From the NCBI GenBank assembly GCA_035249945.1, contig DATFFS010000033.1, positions 1-49,125 on the forward strand: a stretch of DNA of 49,125 nt. Reading direction: 5' to 3'. Under the pieces are notes generated by a model. It did no database searches. It worked only from the letters and a program-made list of their open reading frames with translations, and had not been told where the DNA came from. Below are positions 17,403 through 26,078 of this stretch, in pieces (within the stretch, counting starts at the first letter, position 1; every line of letters begins with the position of its first letter). Source of the stretch: Gemmatimonadota bacterium (GTDB taxonomy: Bacteria > Gemmatimonadota > Gemmatimonadetes > JACCXV01 > JAHWKZ01). Position numbers and translations under genes: made by a program.

Positions 17403-18212
17403 TCACCGGCCACGCCATTGCGGCTTGCGCTTCTCGAGGAACGCCGCCACGCCCTCGACCTTGTCCTCGGTCGCGAACGCCAGGGCGAACAGGTCGCGCT
17501 CCTGCTCGAGACCGGCCGACAGCGGCAATTCGTATGCAGCCCGGATCGCGCGCTTGGCGATCGCCAGCGTGACCGGGCTCTTCTCGGCGATCGCGCGCGC
17601 GATCTCCAGCGTCCGCTCCCGCAGCTCGCTGGCCGGCACGACCTCGTCGAGCAGGCCGATCTCGTATGCCGCGACGCCGTCGACGGGCTCGCCGCTCAGG
17701 ATCAGCTGCAGCGCCTTGCCGTATCCGACCAGGCGCGGCAGCCGCTGGGTGGCCCCGCCGCCGGGGATGATTCCCAGGCGGGTCTCGGGCTGACCCAGCA
17801 TGGCGGTGTCGGCGCCAATCCGGAGATCGCAGGCGAGCGCCAGCTCGCAGCCCCCGCCGAGGCACCAGCCGTTGATCATCGCGATCGTGGGGAGCGGCGC
17901 GTTCCAGATCCGATCGAAGACCGTGGGTCCCGCCATCGCCCGCCGCTGCTCGAGCGGCGAGCGACCGGCGAACTCGCCGACGTCCGCGCCGGCAACGAAC
18001 GCCTTGTCTCCCGCGCCGGTGAAGACGAGCACCCGCGCATCCAGATCCGCGATCGCCTGGTCGACCACCGCGCCGAGCTGCTCCCGCACAGCGGCGTTCA
18101 GGGCGTTCCGCTTCTCGGGGCGGTCGATCGTCACGGTCACGATCCCGCCGTCGCGCTCCAGCCGAACCACGCGCTCCTCCGGAACCCGGCCCGCGTTCCC
18201 GGTGTCGGTCAT
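17403..18212 (-). CDS. enoyl-CoA hydratase/isomerase (crotonase) family
   Basis: This is the tail of run-on ORF 17403..19646, trimmed to ATG 18212 (ATGA overlap with the upstream stop). Motifs: RPEKRNALN, FTGAGDKAFVAGADV, INGWCLGGGCELALACDLRI, FLEKRKPQW. Confidence 0.9.
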   Translation of the reverse strand: MTDTGNAGRVPEERVVRLERDGGIVTVTIDRPEKRNALNAAVREQLGAVVDQAIADLDARVLVFTGAGDKAFVAGADVGEFAGRSPLEQRRAMAGPTVFDRIWNAPLPTIAMINGWCLGGGCELALACDLRIGADTAMLGQPETRLGIIPGGGATQRLPRLVGYGKALQLILSGEPVDGVAAYEIGLLDEVVPASELRERTLEIARAIAEKSPVTLAIAKRAIRAAYELPLSAGLEQERDLFALAFATEDKVEGVAAFLEKRKPQWRGR

Positions 18213-19099
18213 CGCGCCTCCACGGCGACCGGCTTGCCGTCTTCCCAGCGATAGAATCCCTGGCCCGACTTCCTGCCGAGCCGCCCCTCCGCGACCATGC
18301 TCCGGAGGAGCCGCGGAGGCTCGAAGCGGCGCTCGTCGAGCTCCCGCGCCAGGTGCTCGGCGATCGCGAGCCGCACGTCGAGGCCGACCAGGTCGGTCAG
18401 CTTGAGCGGGCCCATGGGGTGGTTGTATCCGAGCTCCATGGCGGCGTCGATGTCGGCCACGGCCGCGACCCGGTCCTCGACCATGCGGATCGCCTCGAGG
18501 CCCAGCGCGATGCCGAGCCGGCTGGTCGCGAACCCGGGCACGTCGCGCACGACGATGGGCCGCTTGCCGAGCGACTCGACGGCGCGGCGGAGCGTATCCA
18601 CCACGTCGGGCGCGGCTTCGTCCGAGGCGACGATCTCGACCAGCTTCATGGCGTGGACAGGATTGAAGAAATGGAGCCCTGCCACGCGCGTGGGGCGCGC
18701 GGTTTCGGCGGCGAGGCTGGCGATCGGCAGCGAGGAGGTGTTGCTCGCCAGGATTGCGCCGCCGGGACAGCGCACGTCCAGCTCGGCGAACATCGCGCGC
18801 TTGAGGTCGAGGATCTCGGGGATCGCCTCGATCGCCAGGTCGGCGTCGGCGACCGCCTCGCCCAGGTCGGTTTCGATCCGCAGGCGCTCGAGCGCCCGCT
18901 CCTTCTCCGCCGGGCCGAGCTTCCCCCGCTCGACGCCATTCGCGAGCGTCTGCTCGATCTGCTCGCGCGCGCGATGCGCGGCCTCGGGATCGACGTCGTA
19001 GAGCGTGGCCGCGTAGCCGGCCTGCGCGAACGCCTGCGCGATCCCGCGCCCCATCGTGCCGGCGCCGATCACGGCCACCACGTTCAGCTCGTCGATCAT
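18209..19099 (-). CDS. 3-hydroxybutyryl/3-hydroxyacyl-CoA dehydrogenase (NAD-binding)
   Basis: Trimmed to ATG 19099. Motifs: VAVIGAGTMGRGIAQAFAQAG Rossmann motif, ASNTSSL, GLHFFNPV, GFATSRL, GYNHPMGPL. Confidence 0.9.
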   Translation of the reverse strand: MIDELNVVAVIGAGTMGRGIAQAFAQAGYAATLYDVDPEAAHRAREQIEQTLANGVERGKLGPAEKERALERLRIETDLGEAVADADLAIEAIPEILDLKRAMFAELDVRCPGGAILASNTSSLPIASLAAETARPTRVAGLHFFNPVHAMKLVEIVASDEAAPDVVDTLRRAVESLGKRPIVVRDVPGFATSRLGIALGLEAIRMVEDRVAAVADIDAAMELGYNHPMGPLKLTDLVGLDVRLAIAEHLARELDERRFEPPRLLRSMVAEGRLGRKSGQGFYRWEDGKPVAVEAR

Positions 19100-19776
19100 G
19101 GCTCCATCCTCCGCAAGGCCGCGCGCACGGGCGAGGCGTCGGCGCCGATCCACCTGAGCGGGAAGGCGACCAATGCATAGCGGCCCTGCTCGATCCCGGC
19201 CAGCGCCAGGCTCTCGAGGATCGCGGCCCCCGCGGCCGCCAGCGCGCGATGAGCAGCGAGCGAGGTGGAGTCGGCGGGATCCACCGAGGGCGCGTCCGTG
19301 CCGACGAGCCGGAGTCCGCGCGCGCCGCACCACGCGGCGGCCCCTGCCGAGAGCGCTCGCCAGCTGCTCGGGAAGCCGGCCGACCAGTCGCAGCCGGTTC
19401 GCAGGAGGAGCCGCTCGAGGGAATCGGCGCCGGCGGCGATCTCGATGACGCGGAGGGCGGCTTCGATGTCTTCGGGCTCGATGAGATCGCCATGGCCCGT
19501 GACGTCGACGAGGACGGCGGGTCCGGCGAACGTGTCCAGCGGAAGCGCGTCGATGGCCGCGCCGCCGGGGTCGACGTGGAGCGGGGCGTCGACGTGGGTG
19601 CCGGCGTGGGTCGTCCCCGACACCTCGCCGACGTTCGCCGGGTCACCGCCCGCGATCGACGCGGCGAGCCGGTACCGCCAGGGCGGATCTCCGGGCCAGA
19701 CCGCCGCCCCGTCCGCGAGCGGCCGGCTGACGTCGATCCAGCCGCTGCCCGCGGCCGGCGCGCTCCCCGTGGTCAC
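19096..19776 (-). CDS. cyclase-family protein (kynurenine formamidase/arylformamidase-like)
   Basis: 226 aa. The HAGTHVDAPLH motif (H-x-G-T-H-x-D-x-P-x-H) is diagnostic of the putative-cyclase/KynB family. Confidence 0.75.
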   Translation of the reverse strand: MTTGSAPAAGSGWIDVSRPLADGAAVWPGDPPWRYRLAASIAGGDPANVGEVSGTTHAGTHVDAPLHVDPGGAAIDALPLDTFAGPAVLVDVTGHGDLIEPEDIEAALRVIEIAAGADSLERLLLRTGCDWSAGFPSSWRALSAGAAAWCGARGLRLVGTDAPSVDPADSTSLAAHRALAAAGAAILESLALAGIEQGRYALVAFPLRWIGADASPVRAALRRMEP

Positions 19777-19783
19777 GGTCTCC

Positions 19784-20563
19784 TCAGTCGCCTTCGAAGC
19801 GCGGCGTTTCCTTGCCGCTGAAGGCGAACAGGCCGCGCTTGACGTCCTGCGATTCGAAGCTGACGAGCTGGTTCTCGAGCTCGATCGCGAGCATCGTGTC
19901 GAGGTCCCGGTCGAGGCTCTCCTGCACCGCGCGCTTGATCCTGGCTACCGCCAGCGGTGGACCGGCGGCGAGCTGGCGCGCCCAGGCCATCGCCTCGTCG
20001 CGGATCGCGGCCGCCGGCACGACCCGGTTCACGAGGCCGATCGCCAGCGCCTCCTCGGCGCCCACCATGCGGCCGGACCACATGAGCTCGAGGGCGCGCG
20101 AGGCTCCGACGAGCCGCGGCAGCAGGAAGGTCCCGCCCCAATCGGGATGGAGCCCGATCCGCACGAACGTCTGCCCGATCGACGCGGTGTCGGCCATGAT
20201 CCGGAGATCGCAGGCGAGCGCCAGGTTCGCGCCGCCGCCCGCGGCCGGGCCGTTGATGGCGGCGATCACCGGCTTTTCGGCCGCCCGGATCTCCTGCACC
20301 ACCCGCTCGCCGGCTTCCAGCAGGCGCTGGAAGTCGCGCGCGTTGTTCTCCGCGACGAGCTCGTGCAGGTAGTCGATGTCCGCGCCGGCGCAGAATCCTC
20401 GGCCTTCCCCGGTGATCACGATCGCGCGGATCGACACGTCGCCACCCAGCTGCTCGACCGCGTCGCCGATCATGTCGCGCATCTCACCCGCGAACGCGTT
20501 CAGCTTGGTCGGCCGGTCGAGGAGAATGGTTCCCACCTCGCCCTGCCGATCGACGCGCACCAT
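19784..20563 (-). CDS. enoyl-CoA hydratase/isomerase family
   Basis: This is the tail of run-on ORF 19784..21823, trimmed to ATG 20563 (MVRVDRQGEVGTILLDRPTKLNAF...GFCAGADI...INGPAAGGGANLALACDLRI). Confidence 0.85.
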   Translation of the reverse strand: MVRVDRQGEVGTILLDRPTKLNAFAGEMRDMIGDAVEQLGGDVSIRAIVITGEGRGFCAGADIDYLHELVAENNARDFQRLLEAGERVVQEIRAAEKPVIAAINGPAAGGGANLALACDLRIMADTASIGQTFVRIGLHPDWGGTFLLPRLVGASRALELMWSGRMVGAEEALAIGLVNRVVPAAAIRDEAMAWARQLAAGPPLAVARIKRAVQESLDRDLDTMLAIELENQLVSFESQDVKRGLFAFSGKETPRFEGD

Positions 20564-20571
20564 GGGATCGC

Positions 20572-21786
20572 TCACGCCGCGTTCCTTCCCGCCACTCGCG
20601 CGGCGGCCGCCGATTCTACGCGCTCGACGAGGACGGCGACGCCCATCCCGCCGCTCACGCAAAGGGTCGCGAGGCCGAGGCCCGCGCGCCGCCGGGCCAT
20701 CTCGTGAAGCAGCGTGACCGCGATCCGGGCCCCGGTCGCCCCGATCGGATGCCCGAGCGCGATCGCGCCGCCGTTGGGATTGACCCTGTCGAGATCGAGA
20801 TCCAGGTCGCGCGCCACCGCCAGCACCTGGGCGGCGAACGCCTCGTTCAATTCGATCGCGTCGATCGCGTCGATGCCGACGTCCTGCCGCTCGAGGATCT
20901 TCCGCACCGCCGGCACCGGGCCGATCCCCATGATCGCGGGGTCGACGCCCTCGTTCGCCCAGTCGACGCAGCGGGCGAAGGGCTCGAGGCCGAGCCGCGC
21001 GACGGCCTCCTCGGACGCCACGATCAGGGCTGCCGCCCCGTCGGTGATCCCCGAGGAGTTGCCGGCGTGCACCGTGCCGTCGTCGCGGAATACGGGCTTG
21101 AGCTTCGCCAGCTTCTCGACGGTCGTCCCGGGGCGCGGGTGCTCGTCGGCCTCGAGTACGCCCTCGATCGGGGCGATCTCCGACTCCCAGGCGCCCCGCT
21201 CCCGCGCTGCGTCGTACCGGCGCTGACTCTCCGCCGCGTAGGCGTCCTGCTCGGCGCGGGGGATGCCGTACCGGTCGGCCAGCGTCTCCGCGGTCGCGCC
21301 CATGAGATCGCCGCACAGCGGGCACAGGAAGCCGTCCCGGTACATCCCGTCGACCAGCTCGCCGTGGCCGAGCCGGTAGCCCCAGCGGGCGCGCGGCAGC
21401 AGGTACGGGGTATTCGACATCGACTCGGTGCCGGCCGCCAGCACGACCTCGGCGTCTCCCAACGCGATCGTCTGCCATGCCTGGACGATCCCGACGAGGC
21501 TCGAAGCGCACGCCTGGTTGATCGTGTACGCCGGCACCGAGTCGGGGACTCCGGCGCGATGGCTGATCTGGCGGGCGACGTTGGGACCCGCCCCTGCCTG
21601 CCGGCCGCAGCCTACGATCGTGAGGTCGATGTCGGCGGGATCGATCCCGGCGCGGTCGAGAGCCGCCCGCGCGGCGTGCGTGCCGAGATCGGGCGCCGTC
21701 ATGTCGACGAGCGCGCCGCCGAACCTGCCGATCGGCGTGCGGACGGGAGCGCAGAGGTAGACCGGACGGGGGTAGCGGGGGTTCAC
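20572..21786 (-). CDS. acetyl-CoA C-acetyltransferase (thiolase II)
   Basis: 404 aa with a GTG start. Motifs: APVRTPIGRFGG, active-site Cys context INQACASSL, and the C-terminal GGAIALGHPIGATG and LCVSGGMG. Confidence 0.9.
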   Translation of the reverse strand: MNPRYPRPVYLCAPVRTPIGRFGGALVDMTAPDLGTHAARAALDRAGIDPADIDLTIVGCGRQAGAGPNVARQISHRAGVPDSVPAYTINQACASSLVGIVQAWQTIALGDAEVVLAAGTESMSNTPYLLPRARWGYRLGHGELVDGMYRDGFLCPLCGDLMGATAETLADRYGIPRAEQDAYAAESQRRYDAARERGAWESEIAPIEGVLEADEHPRPGTTVEKLAKLKPVFRDDGTVHAGNSSGITDGAAALIVASEEAVARLGLEPFARCVDWANEGVDPAIMGIGPVPAVRKILERQDVGIDAIDAIELNEAFAAQVLAVARDLDLDLDRVNPNGGAIALGHPIGATGARIAVTLLHEMARRRAGLGLATLCVSGGMGVAVLVERVESAAAARVAGRNAA

Positions 21787-21795
21787 GGGACGGGG

Positions 21796-21823
21796 AATAT
21801 CGCCCGGGCCCCGGGGGTGTCAA
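21796..21823 (-). promoter_or_regulatory. candidate promoter of the thiolase-crotonase-cyclase-HBD-crotonase operon (near-leaderless)
   Basis: On the minus strand: GGTTTGACACC (-35 TTGACA 21823-21818), 16-nt spacer, GATATT (21801-21796). The GTG start lies 9 nt after the -10 element. Confidence 0.3.
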
Positions 21824-21867
21824 ACCGCTACGGCGATCTCACCGGACGTGCCCGGTCCTTGAACGCC

Positions 21868-23226
21868 TCAATGGTCTACCGGCAGTCCGCTCGGCACCTG
21901 GTCGGGCACGATGTTCGACAGGTTCCGGGCCCGCTCGTCGGTCAGCGCGCTCATGAACGCCATCAGCCGGTCGGTGACGCTGTCGGGGAACGCGACCCCG
22001 TCGATGATCGTGTCCCTGGTCGCGAGGATCTGGATGTGATTGGGAACCAGCGTTCCCTGGAGCAAGCCCTCGAGCTGTCCGACGTCGTACTCCTGGAGCT
22101 TCTTCCCCGAGTCGCTGTAGTGATCGATGAAGGCGCGCAGCTCCGTGAATTGTCCGGCGTGGCCGAAGGGGCCCGTCAGCTCCACGTTCCTGAGCGGGGT
22201 CGTCCGGAACTTGTAGATGTCCCTCGGATTTCCCGTCACCCGCTGACGGCCGAAATCGTCGTCTCCCAGGGGGCCGTCTCCCTGCCCCGGACCGAACTGC
22301 GCCAGCGCGACGTTGTGGAACTCGTCATCGCTGAACGTGGCACCGTTGTGGCAGATCGAGCAGCGGATCTCCATGAACACCTTGGCGCCTCGGAGCTGAC
22401 TCTCTGTCATGGCCCGGTCGCTCCCTGCCAGGAATCTGTCCCACGGGGTGTCGTTGAAGGCCAGCCGATCGAGGAGGAAGCCCGCCATCGCGTTCGAAGC
22501 GTGGGCGAACGTCATCTCCTCGAAGGGCGTCCCCGGGTAGGCGGCCTCGAACATCGCCACGTACTCCGGGATCGCTCCCAGGCGTGCCATGATGCCCGCC
22601 CAGATCCCCGGGAAATCCCGATCGTCGATCATTGCGAGCTCGTTCACGATTCCGAAGGCTCGCATCTCCTCCCGCGACGTGACCGGAAAGAGTCCGAGGG
22701 CGGAGATCGCGCCGAACTCGAAGGCCGCCGCCATTCCCGGCGTGATCGCGTCGCCGGCGGGAGTATGGAAGCCGCCCAGGTCGTCGACCTGTACGCGACC
22801 ATCCCAGAACAGGTGCCGGATGGCGTGCAGGTTGAACAGGGGCGGCGCATTCCTGGGAATGAAGAGACCCTCGGGGTGGATGCGGTCCCTACCCAGGCCC
22901 GTCGCTCCCTGGCCGATCGAGAGGCGCCGTCCATCGCCGGTGCCGAATCCGGGCAGGTGGCACGTCATGCACGAAATGTCGCGGTTGCCGCTCAGCTCCT
23001 TGTCGAAGACCAGTGCCTGTCCGAGAACGCTGAGCTCCGGCCGCACGAGCGAAGGCAACGCGAGCGGGACGACATTCCGTCCGGCGGCCAGTTGGCGCAC
23101 GCTGTCGGCCAGCGTGAGCTCTGGCTCGGGCTCGGGGCTCGTGCCCGCGGGGCCCGCGGGCTCCTCGCCACAGGCAGCTGACAGAAATACCAGACACAGG
23201 ATCTGAAGGAACAGGACGATGCGCAT
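21868..23226 (-). CDS. di-haem cytochrome c peroxidase / MauG family lipoprotein
   Basis: Run-on ORF 21868..23730 trimmed to ATG 23226 (MRIVLFLQILCLVFLSAACG lipobox). Two C-x-x-C-H haem motifs are present (CMTCH, CSICH). Confidence 0.8.
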   Translation of the reverse strand: MRIVLFLQILCLVFLSAACGEEPAGPAGTSPEPEPELTLADSVRQLAAGRNVVPLALPSLVRPELSVLGQALVFDKELSGNRDISCMTCHLPGFGTGDGRRLSIGQGATGLGRDRIHPEGLFIPRNAPPLFNLHAIRHLFWDGRVQVDDLGGFHTPAGDAITPGMAAAFEFGAISALGLFPVTSREEMRAFGIVNELAMIDDRDFPGIWAGIMARLGAIPEYVAMFEAAYPGTPFEEMTFAHASNAMAGFLLDRLAFNDTPWDRFLAGSDRAMTESQLRGAKVFMEIRCSICHNGATFSDDEFHNVALAQFGPGQGDGPLGDDDFGRQRVTGNPRDIYKFRTTPLRNVELTGPFGHAGQFTELRAFIDHYSDSGKKLQEYDVGQLEGLLQGTLVPNHIQILATRDTIIDGVAFPDSVTDRLMAFMSALTDERARNLSNIVPDQVPSGLPVDH

Positions 23227-23356
23227 GTTGCCGCCTGTGCGGATGGTGAAGCGGAACGATGGTTCAACGGCGTCTCCCCCTACATACGGAAAACCGAGCA
23301 GCCGTCCGACATCGGCTCTGGCGGGCGGGCCTCTCCGCCCCCAACTTGCGTTGACG

Positions 23357-26065
23357 ATGGACGCGGATCGCTGGCGCCGGGTGCAGCAGGTGCTGGACGC
23401 TGCGCTCACCCGCAAGCCGGGCGAGTGGCCCGCCCTGCTCGATGAGACCTGCAGCGACGACCCCGAGCTCCGCCAGGAGGTCGAGGCGCTGCTCGCCCGG
23501 GTCGACACCGCGCAACGCTTTCTCGAATCTCCTCCCGCCGCGCTCGCGGCCGCCCTGGCCGCTGAGGAGGCCGCGGCGAGCGCCGGCCACATGGGGCGTC
23601 GCATCGGCGCGTACCGTCTCGTAGAGGAGATCGGGCGTGGCGGCATGGCGCGCGTCTTTCTCGCCGAGCGCGCCGACGGCCAGTTCGAGCATCGGGTCGC
23701 GCTCAAGCTCCTGCGTCCCGGCCTGGACACGGAGATCGATCGGGAGCGCTTCCGCGCCGAGCGGCAGATCCTGGCGAACCTCGATCACCCGAACATCGCG
23801 CGGCTCCTGGATGGCGGCGTCACCGACGACGGCCAGCCGTATCTCGTGCTCGAGCTCGTGAAGGGTCGACCGATCGACGTTTTCTGCAACCAGGCTGAGC
23901 TGTCGCTGCGGGAGCGGCTGGACCTCTTCCTGACGGTCTGCGAGGCGACCAGGTACGCTCATGGACGTCTCGTCGTCCATCGCGACCTGAAGCCATCGAA
24001 CATCCTGGTCACCGAGGATGGCGTGGTGAAGCTCCTCGATTTCGGACTCGCCAAGCTCCTCGAGCCGCGAGCGCCTGTGCCATCGATGACGCGCACCGGA
24101 CAGCGCTGGATGACCCCGGAATATGCCGCCCCGGAGCAGATCCGAGGCGAGCCGGTCACCACGCTTACCGACGTCTATCAGCTGGGCATGGTGTTGTACC
24201 GGCTTCTGGTCGGCCAGGCCCCGTTCGCGGGTCGTCGCGCCGGCCTTCACGAACTCGAGGAGGCGGTCTTGCACGAGGAGCCGGAACGGCCGTCGTCGGC
24301 CGCATTCCGCGGCGGCGCCGTCGCGTGGAAGTCCCTTCGCGGTGACCTCGACGCGATCGTGCTGATGGCCATCCGCAAGGAACCCGAGCGGCGATACCCG
24401 TCCGCCGAGGCGATGGCGGCGGATCTCAGGCGATTCCGAGATACACGTCCGATCCTCGCTCGCCCGAACACGCTGCCGTACCGGTTCCGGAATTTCGCGC
24501 GTCGCCACCGCGGCGCGGTCGTGGCCGGAACCGCCGTGGTCCTCACGCTGATCGGGGCCTCGATCTTCTCCCTCCATCAGATGCGCGAAGCGCAGGAGCA
24601 GCGCGATGCGGCGCTCAGGGCGAGTGATCGGGCGGATGCGCAGGTGGAATTCCAGGGCGCCCTGTTGTCCGAAGTGGGCGACAGGCCGATCACTATGCGG
24701 GAGGTCCTGGACTCCGCCCGCAAGGTCCTGGAACGGCGATCCGGGGGCGACCCTCGACTCCAGACCGCGCTTCTGCTCCAGCTTGCAGAGGCCTATTCCA
24801 CACTGCACGACACCCGCAGCCGCGAGAACATGCTGATGCGCGCGGAATCGCTGGCGATGTCCGCCGCACCGGATCGGCTACCCGAGGTTCGGTGCCAGAT
24901 GGCGGACAATCTGCGGCTGGATGGCCGGTACGATGAGGCATGGCGGATGCTCGACGCCGCTGAAGGGTTGCGCCGGAGGGTCGTCCCCGACGACCCGGAC
25001 GTCGAGATCGCCTGCCTCGCCGCGCTTTCGTACCTCGCCAGTGAAGCCGGCGCTGACCGAGGTCGTACCGCGGAAGGCGTCACCGCGGCCCGCCGTGCCC
25101 TGGCGATCAAGGACAGCCTCGGACAGACGCGCGATCTGGCCTACCTGAATCTGTTGGGCGCCCTCGCATGGGCGCTCCATACGGAGGATCGGACGCGCGA
25201 GTCCGCCACGATCTTCCGGCGGGCTATCGCCGTGATGGACAGCGCCGGCAGACAGGGATCGGCCGACTACATGATTCAGCGACACAATCTGGGGGTCGCT
25301 CTGTGGAAGCTCGGCGAAATCGCGGAGGCCGAGCGGATCCTCGGCGAGGTCGTCCAGGCCGCCGAACGGATGGATCCCGGGCGCATTCCCTGGCAACCTG
25401 CGATCCACTACGCGGAAGCGGCCCTGACCACAGGAGATTCGCGATCGGCGCTCGAGTACTTCGACCGCGTGGTCGATCAGGCCGTACGCGATACGAGCCT
25501 CTACTGGGAGGGGCGCGGCTTGTTCGGCGCCGCCCGCGCCCAGATCCAGCTCGGACGGCTGGCGGAGGCTCGGCGCGCGAAGCTCCGGCTGGAGCAGATC
25601 ATTGCCCAGCATCCACAGGTCAAGGGCACGGACGATCAGGTGCCCGACGGACAGACTCTCGACGGCTGGCTCGCCATGGCGGAAGGCGATTGCGCGGAGG
25701 CGAGGGAGTCCTTCCTGGCGTCGCTGCGGGCCAATGGCTATTTCGAGGGGGAGCGCCAGCAACGCCTCCGACCGGTAGTGCTGCTCGCAGGGGAGTGTGC
25801 CCTGGCGCTCGGCGATCCGCAGGAGGCGCTCGACCTGGCCAGGCAGGCGCTCGAGATCGCTGTGATGGACTCGCTCTCGCATGGACGAAGCGCGGCGGTC
25901 GGCGAGGCGCTCCTCCTGGAGGCCCGCGCATTGCAGGCAAGGGGCGATGTTGGAGCCGCGGGCCAAGCTGCGCGCCGCGCTCTGGCCGCACTCCAGTTCG
26001 GGGCGGGCGCGGGCCACGCGCGCACGCGGGAGGCCCAGGCGCTTGTCGTAGCGCTGGGGTCCTAA
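23357..26065 (+). CDS. Ser/Thr protein kinase with one TM segment and a C-terminal TPR-like domain
   Basis: Trimmed to ATG 23357 (MDADRWRRVQQVLDAAL...). Kinase motifs are VALKLL, HRDLKPSNILV, DFGLAK and TPEYAAPEQ. The TM segment is AVVAGTAVVLTLIGASIF, followed by about 480 aa of helical repeats. Confidence 0.85.
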   Translation: MDADRWRRVQQVLDAALTRKPGEWPALLDETCSDDPELRQEVEALLARVDTAQRFLESPPAALAAALAAEEAAASAGHMGRRIGAYRLVEEIGRGGMARVFLAERADGQFEHRVALKLLRPGLDTEIDRERFRAERQILANLDHPNIARLLDGGVTDDGQPYLVLELVKGRPIDVFCNQAELSLRERLDLFLTVCEATRYAHGRLVVHRDLKPSNILVTEDGVVKLLDFGLAKLLEPRAPVPSMTRTGQRWMTPEYAAPEQIRGEPVTTLTDVYQLGMVLYRLLVGQAPFAGRRAGLHELEEAVLHEEPERPSSAAFRGGAVAWKSLRGDLDAIVLMAIRKEPERRYPSAEAMAADLRRFRDTRPILARPNTLPYRFRNFARRHRGAVVAGTAVVLTLIGASIFSLHQMREAQEQRDAALRASDRADAQVEFQGALLSEVGDRPITMREVLDSARKVLERRSGGDPRLQTALLLQLAEAYSTLHDTRSRENMLMRAESLAMSAAPDRLPEVRCQMADNLRLDGRYDEAWRMLDAAEGLRRRVVPDDPDVEIACLAALSYLASEAGADRGRTAEGVTAARRALAIKDSLGQTRDLAYLNLLGALAWALHTEDRTRESATIFRRAIAVMDSAGRQGSADYMIQRHNLGVALWKLGEIAEAERILGEVVQAAERMDPGRIPWQPAIHYAEAALTTGDSRSALEYFDRVVDQAVRDTSLYWEGRGLFGAARAQIQLGRLAEARRAKLRLEQIIAQHPQVKGTDDQVPDGQTLDGWLAMAEGDCAEARESFLASLRANGYFEGERQQRLRPVVLLAGECALALGDPQEALDLARQALEIAVMDSLSHGRSAAVGEALLLEARALQARGDVGAAGQAARRALAALQFGAGAGHARTREAQALVVALGS

Positions 26066-26078
26066 TCAGGAGTCGATC

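Noticed and set aside
17403-19646. Run-on ORFs that extend far upstream of the real start through the neighbouring gene. Examples: 17403..19646-, 19784..21823-, 21868..23730-, 2837..4348-, 4209..4880-, 35643..38036-, 38519..39835-, 43068..44534-, 44824..46047-, 45714..46544-, 46211..47902-, 18209..19333-, 23219..26065+, 40431..41936+, 47706..48377+, 48322..48984+.
   Set aside because: The upstream parts are low-complexity and overlap other genes out of frame. Internal ATG/GTG starts give canonical family N-termini, signal peptides or lipoboxes, or 1-4 nt start/stop overlaps. Coordinates were trimmed accordingly.
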